A model generated the notes under the pieces. The model was not told the DNA's origin, ran no database searches, and saw only the letters and a program-made list of their open reading frames with translations. A program made the position numbers and the translations under genes. A stretch of 32,000 nt of DNA from an uncultured Erysipelotrichaceae bacterium (GTDB taxonomy: Bacteria > Bacillota_I > Bacilli_A > Erysipelotrichales > Erysipelotrichaceae): contig CAYWGS010000001.1 in the NCBI GenBank assembly GCA_964457525.1, positions 18,411-50,410 of the forward strand, written 5' to 3'. Positions 26,506-32,000 of the stretch are shown piece by piece (position 1 is the stretch's first letter; each line of letters starts with the position of its first letter).

Positions 26506-26519
26506 TGTAATCGATATCA
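26506..26519. promoter_or_regulatory. cre box TGTAATCGATATCA
   Basis: All 14 positions fit TGWAANCGNTNWCA. It lies 14 nt upstream of the candidate -35 of the maltodextrin operon. Confidence 0.55.
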
Positions 26520-26532
26520 TTTAGTATATCAA

Positions 26533-26561
26533 TTGAATTTTTAAGGTTTAAGTGCTATATT
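26533..26561 (+). promoter_or_regulatory. Candidate sigma-A promoter of the maltodextrin operon
   Basis: TTGAAT (26533-26538), 17 nt, TATATT (26556-26561). Confidence 0.45.
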
Positions 26562-26566
26562 CTAAA

Positions 26567-26580
26567 TGTAAACACTTACA
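26567..26580. promoter_or_regulatory. Operator-like pseudo-palindrome TGTAAACACTTACA just downstream of the -10
   Basis: One mismatch to the cre consensus. Its position over the expected transcription start is typical of a LacI/MalR-type or CcpA roadblock site. Confidence 0.4.
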
Positions 26581-26604
26581 TTGTGTTTAACAGGGAGGAA
26601 TAGA

Positions 26605-27801
26605 ATGAAAAAATTATTATTATCTTTGTTGATGATTTTAATGACTCTTTCTTTAGTTGCATGTACAGCTGAAGAACCAGTTGAAGAAGTCAAAGACGTA
26701 ACCTTGAAGGTTTGGGGTGCTCAAGAAGACCAAGAAATGCTAACTGGCATGATCGAAGAATTCAAGGCTGCAAACCCAGGAACAAACTGGACAATTGAAT
26801 TAGGTGTTGTTGGTGAACCTGACGCACGTACTAAGTATTTAGAAGATCCTGAAGCTGCTGCTGACGTATTTGCATTCCCTAATGACCAAGTTATGGACTT
26901 AGTTAATGCAGGTGCATTGTATGAAGTTACAATCAATAAGGATGCGATCGTTGCTGCTAATATTCAATCTGCTGTTGATTCAGCTACAGTTGATGGAAAA
27001 CTTTACGGTTATCCTATGACTGCTGACAACGGATACTTCATGTACTATGACAAATCCGTTTTCACAGAAGACGATGTTAAATCTTTAGACAAGATGTTAG
27101 AAGTAGCTCAAGCTGCTGGTAAATCTGTATTCATGGACGTTTCTAATGGTTGGTACATTGCATCATTCTTTATCGGTGCTGGTAACAAGTTTGAAATGGT
27201 TGATGGAAAACAAGTATTAGATTTCAATAATGAAACTGGCGTTAAAGTCGGTGAAGCAATCAAAGCATTCACTGCTCACCCAGCATTCTTAACAGGTGAT
27301 GACAATATCCTTAAAGCTGGTATCGGTACAACAATCGCTGCTGGTGTTTCTGGAACTTGGAATGCAACTGATATTTCAACAATCCTAGGCGCTAACTATG
27401 CTGCTACTAAACTTCCTGAATTCAATTTAGGTGGTGTTCAAACTCAAATGGGTAGCTTTGCTGGTTTCAAACTTATGGGTGTTAACAGCTTAACTGAATT
27501 CCCAGAAGAAGCAATGGCTTTAGCTGAATTCTTAACAAATGAAGCGAACCAAGTTAAACGTTTCGAAACTCGTAAATTAGGTCCTGCTAATAAGAATGCA
27601 GCTCAAAACGAAGCTGTATTAGCTGACGTAGCATTATCTGCTTTAGCTCAACAAGCACCATATGCAATGAGTCAAAACAATGTTGCTGGTACTTATTGGG
27701 GTCCTGCTGAAGCATTCGGCTTAGCACTTGAAAACAAAGATTACACTATGTCAATTCAAGAAATGCTTGATGCTTTAGTTGCTCAAGCAGCTGGTAACTA
27801 A
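26605..27801 (+). CDS. Maltose/maltodextrin-binding lipoprotein (ABC substrate-binding protein)
   Basis: I place the start at the ATG at 26605, after GGGAGG. The signal peptide MKKLLLSLLMILMTLSLVAC has an LVAC lipobox. The family-1 SBP features include KVWGAQEDQ and DVFAFPNDQ. The gene is visibly richer in GCT/GGT/GAA codons than its neighbours. Confidence 0.88.
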   Translation: MKKLLLSLLMILMTLSLVACTAEEPVEEVKDVTLKVWGAQEDQEMLTGMIEEFKAANPGTNWTIELGVVGEPDARTKYLEDPEAAADVFAFPNDQVMDLVNAGALYEVTINKDAIVAANIQSAVDSATVDGKLYGYPMTADNGYFMYYDKSVFTEDDVKSLDKMLEVAQAAGKSVFMDVSNGWYIASFFIGAGNKFEMVDGKQVLDFNNETGVKVGEAIKAFTAHPAFLTGDDNILKAGIGTTIAAGVSGTWNATDISTILGANYAATKLPEFNLGGVQTQMGSFAGFKLMGVNSLTEFPEEAMALAEFLTNEANQVKRFETRKLGPANKNAAQNEAVLADVALSALAQQAPYAMSQNNVAGTYWGPAEAFGLALENKDYTMSIQEMLDALVAQAAGN

Positions 27802-27826
27802 TTTAGTTCGTAATTAGAGATTAATC

Positions 27827-27854
27827 AAGGGCAATATGAATTCATATTGCCCTT
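27827..27854 (+). terminator. Intra-operon hairpin between the binding-protein and permease genes
   Basis: AAGGGCAATATGAATTCATATTGCCCTT is a perfect 28-nt palindrome. The T-tail (ATTCTT) is weak, so it is likely a partial terminator or an mRNA stabiliser. Confidence 0.55.
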
Positions 27855-27875
27855 ATTCTTAATGGAGGGTACATT

Positions 27876-29267
27876 ATGGAAAGGTCCCAAAAATTTAAAG
27901 ATTTTCTAAGTAGAAGTTCAAAGCGTGTGAGTAATTTCTTTAAAGGATTTAGTGAAGGAAATGCCATCACAAAAGGATCCTACTTTGTAATGGGTTTAGG
28001 CCAATTACTTAGAGGGCAACTATTTAAAGGAAGTTTATACTTAGTAACACAAATTGGATTCTTTGTCTTCATGTTAACAAGTGGTATTTACAATATATTA
28101 GGTCTTAGAACTCTAGGGACTAAGATGCAAGAACGTGTTTGGGATGAAGCGAGAGGTATATTTGTTGTTTCTAAGGGAGACAACTCAATGCTTATGTTGT
28201 TGTTTGGGGTTGCGACAATTTTCATTATTATTGCGTTTGTTATTGCGTATGTCATGAGTGTTCATGGCTCAATACAAAATGAAAAGTTGATCAAGTTAGG
28301 TAAAAAACCAAATAACTTAAAGAAAGACTTTGAATTATACTTGAATGATAAATATCATGTGACGGTATTAACACTACCTGTGATTCTAACGTTTTTATTT
28401 ACGATTGTGCCACTGGTATTTATGATTTTAATTGCATTTACAAACTTTGACCGTAATCATCAACCTCCAGGTAACTTGTTTACTTGGGTAGGTTTTGAGA
28501 ACTTTACAGCTGTTTTGTGGAATGATCCACTTAAGTCAAAAACATTTATTGAATTATTAATATGGACACTCATCTGGGCTGTACTTGCGACTGGACTAAA
28601 CTATATCTTCGGTATGGTTTTAGCTCTAATGATTAATAAAAAGGGAATTAAGATTAAGAAATTCTGGAGAACGATTTTCGTAATAACGATTGCGGTTCCT
28701 CAGTTTGTTAGTTTACTCTTAATGTCTCAATTACTTGCGGATTTAGGTACACTCAATGTGTTCTTGCGAGAGATAGGTTTGATTGAAAAGTTCTTACCAT
28801 TCTTATCAGATCCAACTTGGGCTAAGGTTACAGTTATTATTGTCAACCTATGGGTAGGGGTACCATATTCGATGTTAATTACTTCAGGTATTCTGATGAA
28901 TATTCCAACAGATTTGTATGAGAGTGCAAAGATCGATGGAGCGAATGCTTGGGTACAGTTCTGGAAGATTACTTTACCCTATATGTTATTTGTGACGGGT
29001 CCTTACTTGATTACACAATTTATTGGTAATATTAATAACTTCAACGTCATTTACTTGTTAACTCGAGGGGGTCCATTATCCTTGGAATACTTCCAAGCTG
29101 GTAAAACAGACCTATTGGTTACTTGGCTATATAAGTTAACTGTGAATGAACAAAACTATTCTTTTGCCTCAACAATCGGTATCTTTATTTTCTTAATTAG
29201 TGCGTTCTTCTCACTCATCGTCTTCAACAAGACAGCTTCAGCTCAGAAGGAGGAAGATTTCCAATGA
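27876..29267 (+). CDS. Maltodextrin ABC transporter permease (MalF/MdxF-like)
   Basis: 463 aa and multi-TM, with an EAA-loop region (YESAKIDGANAWVQFWKITLPYM). The RBS is GGAGGG. Confidence 0.88.
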   Translation: MERSQKFKDFLSRSSKRVSNFFKGFSEGNAITKGSYFVMGLGQLLRGQLFKGSLYLVTQIGFFVFMLTSGIYNILGLRTLGTKMQERVWDEARGIFVVSKGDNSMLMLLFGVATIFIIIAFVIAYVMSVHGSIQNEKLIKLGKKPNNLKKDFELYLNDKYHVTVLTLPVILTFLFTIVPLVFMILIAFTNFDRNHQPPGNLFTWVGFENFTAVLWNDPLKSKTFIELLIWTLIWAVLATGLNYIFGMVLALMINKKGIKIKKFWRTIFVITIAVPQFVSLLLMSQLLADLGTLNVFLREIGLIEKFLPFLSDPTWAKVTVIIVNLWVGVPYSMLITSGILMNIPTDLYESAKIDGANAWVQFWKITLPYMLFVTGPYLITQFIGNINNFNVIYLLTRGGPLSLEYFQAGKTDLLVTWLYKLTVNEQNYSFASTIGIFIFLISAFFSLIVFNKTASAQKEEDFQ

Positions 29268-30118
29268 TAAAAAACATGAAAACACGCGAACGTTTTGGGA
29301 ATGGCGTTATTTATGCGATTCTATCCTTCTTATCGTTCATTTGGTTAATTCCAATTGCTTGGTTGATACTTGTATCATTTAGAGCAGAACCAGGTGCCTA
29401 TACCGAATATATTTTCCCTAAATCATACACATTAGATAACTATATTAAGTTATTCACGGATACGAAGTTATTTAACTATCCAAGATGGTTTATGAATACC
29501 TTGATTGTAGCGATTGTTACATGTATTGTCTCTACGATTATCGTACTCCTAACGAGTTATGCGCTTAGTCGTCTACGCTTCAAACTACGTAAACCAATAA
29601 TGAATGTTGCGCTTGTGTTGGGTATGTTCCCAGGGTTTATGTCGATGATCGCAGTTTATCATATTCTTAAAGCATTTAATTTAACTCAATCACTCTTTGC
29701 GCTTGTCCTTGTTTATTCAGGGGGAGCTGCACTCGGTTATTACATCTCTAAAGGATTCTTTGATACGATTCCAAAATCAATTGATGAATCTGCCATGTTG
29801 GATGGGGCAAGTAAGAATACAATCTTTTGGAAGATTACATTACCTTTATCTAAACCGATTGTTGTGTATACAATTTTAACTTCATTTATCGCTCCATGGA
29901 TGGACTTTATCTTTGTGAGTGTCATTATGAAAGATAATTATGAGAATTATACCGTCGCATTAGGTCTATTCCAAATGCTGTCACGTGAAAATATTTATCA
30001 ATACTTCACACGTTTCGCTGCTGGAGCTGTACTAATTGCGATTCCGATTACCTTGCTCTTTATCTACATGCAGAAATATTACATTAGTGGTATAACTGGT
30101 GGATCTGTAAAAGGTTAG
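29264..30118 (+). CDS. Maltodextrin ABC transporter permease (MalG/MdxG-like)
   Basis: 284 aa with six TM helices and the EAA loop DESAMLDGASKNTIFWKITLP. It overlaps the upstream gene by 4 nt (ATGA). Confidence 0.88.
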   Translation: MIKNMKTRERFGNGVIYAILSFLSFIWLIPIAWLILVSFRAEPGAYTEYIFPKSYTLDNYIKLFTDTKLFNYPRWFMNTLIVAIVTCIVSTIIVLLTSYALSRLRFKLRKPIMNVALVLGMFPGFMSMIAVYHILKAFNLTQSLFALVLVYSGGAALGYYISKGFFDTIPKSIDESAMLDGASKNTIFWKITLPLSKPIVVYTILTSFIAPWMDFIFVSVIMKDNYENYTVALGLFQMLSRENIYQYFTRFAAGAVLIAIPITLLFIYMQKYYISGITGGSVKG

Positions 30119-30119
30119 T

Positions 30120-31631
30120 ATGATCAAAAAACTTGGAATTATCTTTATCACACTATTGTTAACTGCTTGTTCACAAGAAACCATTCGATCGAACAAGAAT
30201 TATGTTTACTATGAAATCTTTGTTGGTTCTTTCTATGATACCAATGAGGATGGGATGGGCGACCTAGATGGTGTGACAGAAAAGTTAGATTACTTGAATG
30301 ATTTAGGGGTAGGAGGAATCTGGATGATGCCTATTCATCCATCGCCTACCTATCATAAATATGATGTCGTGGATTATTATGACATCGATCCTAAGTATGG
30401 AACGATGGAAGATTTTGATGAACTCATTACAAAAGCAAATGAATATAACATTGAAATTATCATTGATTTAGTGCTTAATCATACTTCTTCTGAACATCCT
30501 TGGTTTATTGAAGCGAAGAAGAATGTATTAAATGGAACCTGTGAGAATGAGAATTCATATTGTGATTACTATGTTTTCTCCACAACACCACAAGGTAAGT
30601 ACTACCCTATAGGAAAAGGCTATTACTATGAAGCGTTATTCTGGGATAAAATGCCAGACTTAAATCTAGACAGTGAAAATGTACGTAATGAGATTAAAGA
30701 TATCCTACAGTTTTGGTTGGATAAGGGAGTTAAAGGCTTTAGACTCGATGCGGTTACTTCTTTCTATAATCAGAATGTGACAAAAAATACAGAATTTCTA
30801 CGTTGGTTAAATGAAACCATTGATTCCATTGATGAGGATGCTTATGTCGTTGGGGAAGCATGGACAACCAATAAAACGATAACAGATTTATATGATAGTG
30901 GTATTGATAGTCTATTCCAGTTTAGTCTTTCTCAAGCAGATGGATTGATTGCTTCATCGATTCGTTCTAAACAAGGTTATAACTTAGCGAATGAAGTTAT
31001 TAAGTATAATCAAATGATCAAAGAAGCGAATCCAGATGCTCTGAATGCCGTGTTTATCTCTAATCATGATCAGGGTAGAAGTGCTGGTTATTTCAAGAGT
31101 ACTCAACCAGAATACTTAAAGTTAATGGCTTCGATTTATCTCTTAATGCCAGGACGTTCCTATATCTATTATGGAGAAGAGATTGGTTTAAGAGGCAGTG
31201 GAAAAGACGAGAATAAGCGTTTACCAATGATTTGGGATAACAATGATAATACAGGAAAAACATTAGGACCTTCTGCAGCGGATTATAAATCAGAAGATAT
31301 TATGGGCCTTAAGCAACAAGCCTCTGATAAAAATTCCTTATACAATCACTATAAACAACTCATACAAATAAAGAATCGATATGATGTGATTACCGATGGT
31401 ACAATGGAATCACTGAATCTAAATTCAAATGTATATGCATTAAGAACATATGATGATACAGATGATGTGATCGTAATTCATAATCTCAGTGATCAGAAAG
31501 TTGTTATAGACTATGATTTCTCAAATTATAAGATTGCTCATCAAATCTATAACGCAAGCCAAACAAAAGCTGTATTAAATGATTCTCTTGAGTTATCAGC
31601 TTATAATTCAATTGTATTAATCAAAAAATAA
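30120..31631 (+). CDS. GH13 alpha-amylase-family lipoprotein
   Basis: The signal peptide has an LTAC lipobox (MIKKLGIIFITLLLTAC). The GH13 conserved regions are present: DLVLNHTS, GFRLDAV, VGEAW, FISNHDQ. It starts 1 nt after the upstream stop. Confidence 0.88.
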   Translation: MIKKLGIIFITLLLTACSQETIRSNKNYVYYEIFVGSFYDTNEDGMGDLDGVTEKLDYLNDLGVGGIWMMPIHPSPTYHKYDVVDYYDIDPKYGTMEDFDELITKANEYNIEIIIDLVLNHTSSEHPWFIEAKKNVLNGTCENENSYCDYYVFSTTPQGKYYPIGKGYYYEALFWDKMPDLNLDSENVRNEIKDILQFWLDKGVKGFRLDAVTSFYNQNVTKNTEFLRWLNETIDSIDEDAYVVGEAWTTNKTITDLYDSGIDSLFQFSLSQADGLIASSIRSKQGYNLANEVIKYNQMIKEANPDALNAVFISNHDQGRSAGYFKSTQPEYLKLMASIYLLMPGRSYIYYGEEIGLRGSGKDENKRLPMIWDNNDNTGKTLGPSAADYKSEDIMGLKQQASDKNSLYNHYKQLIQIKNRYDVITDGTMESLNLNSNVYALRTYDDTDDVIVIHNLSDQKVVIDYDFSNYKIAHQIYNASQTKAVLNDSLELSAYNSIVLIKK

Positions 31632-31683
31632 CGATTCTTTAACATTTGACGTTGGTAAGTGAAAAACGAAATCAAAGTCACAG

Positions 31684-31714
31684 AGGATATTCCTTATAGG
31701 GATGTCCTTTTTTT
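31684..31714 (+). terminator. Rho-independent terminator after the GH13 gene
   Basis: AGGATATTCC (31684-31693) pairs with GGGATGTCCT (31699-31708), a 10-bp stem with two G-U pairs, followed by a T7 run. Confidence 0.7.
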
Positions 31715-32000
31715 ATGCAAATCGAGGATTGAAAGAACTACGACCCACCAATAAGATACGAGCTTTAAACTTTTGGAAACTTCGATATCCAAAGGCAATG
31801 CGTTTAATCGTTTTGATGAGATTGTTCGTTCCTTCTATAATGCCATTAGAGGTTTCAAAGCGCAAGGCATTAAGAATGTAGGTGTCATATTCATTCAGTG
31901 TTCTAATCGCAGTTTTGAGATAGCTGGATAAATGATCCGTAGGCTGTTTGAGAAGTTGAGCCATGCGCTTAAGGTCTCGTGCATGAATCGCTTCAAGAAA
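31713..32000 (-). mobile_element. ISL3-family transposase, C-terminal part (continues beyond the window)
   Basis: The frame stays open to base 32000 (upstream of the track's Met: FLEAIHARDLKR-MAQLL...). The C-terminus ...TSNGIIEGTNNLIKTIKRIAFGYRSFQKFKARILL is typical of ISL3 DDE transposases. Confidence 0.75.

Noticed and set aside
15851-31964. Remaining short track ORFs (15851-16048, 18298-18489, 19939-20175, 20980-21207, 21394-21699, 22218-22478, 23931-24119, 26183-26374, 26721-26936, 29200-29382, 29697-29879, 29740-29925)
   Set aside because: Each overlaps a longer, well-supported gene in another frame or strand. ORF 19939-20175 additionally runs through the terminator and the mgtE start.
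1-32000. Alternative genetic code (UGA read as Trp, Mollicutes-like), considered because of the low GC content and the fused ABC proteins
   Set aside because: All long genes are intact under the standard code. TGA is used as a genuine stop, for example in glmE, the AtuA-like gene and the GGDEF gene, and Trp is encoded by TGG.

Overview
This is a gene-dense chromosomal window from a low-GC, Gram-positive-type bacterium using the standard genetic code; I cannot assign a genus. About 31 protein genes are supported. No rRNA, tRNA or CRISPR array was found.

Gene order from left to right:
- a 5'-truncated membrane GGDEF diguanylate cyclase
- a minus-strand quinone/catechol-detoxification-type operon (ring-cleaving dioxygenase, embedded MarR, carboxylesterase) with an 18-bp perfect palindrome at its promoter
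- a small HTH protein, an NTF2/SnoaL-like protein and a 3-hydroxyacyl-CoA dehydrogenase-family gene
- a two-subunit class I fumarate hydratase plus a malic enzyme
- a seven-gene, translationally coupled operon, described below
- an AT-rich Fic gene preceded by an array of TGTTTACA boxes
- RpiR, a Cof-type HAD phosphatase and a tandem-duplicated nucleoside 2-deoxyribosyltransferase-like protein
- MgtE, an acyl-CoA thioesterase and two fused ABC ATPase-FtsX proteins
- a GNAT acetyltransferase and a DsbA-like protein
- a maltodextrin ABC uptake cluster with a GH13 lipoprotein
- the 3' end of an ISL3-type transposase at the window edge

The best candidate for something undescribed is the extended glutamate mutase operon (8433-15505). 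It contains the textbook glutamate mutase (glmS-glmL-glmE) and methylaspartate ammonia-lyase core. Three uncharacterised genes are fused into the same translationally coupled unit: a P-loop protein upstream, and an AtuA/DUF1446-like plus DUF4387-like pair downstream. No citramalate lyase is present in the window. The only terminator hairpin separating this operon from the fumarase/malic-enzyme genes abuts its first ribosome-binding site.

Family assignments come from motif and sequence recognition by eye. No database search was run.
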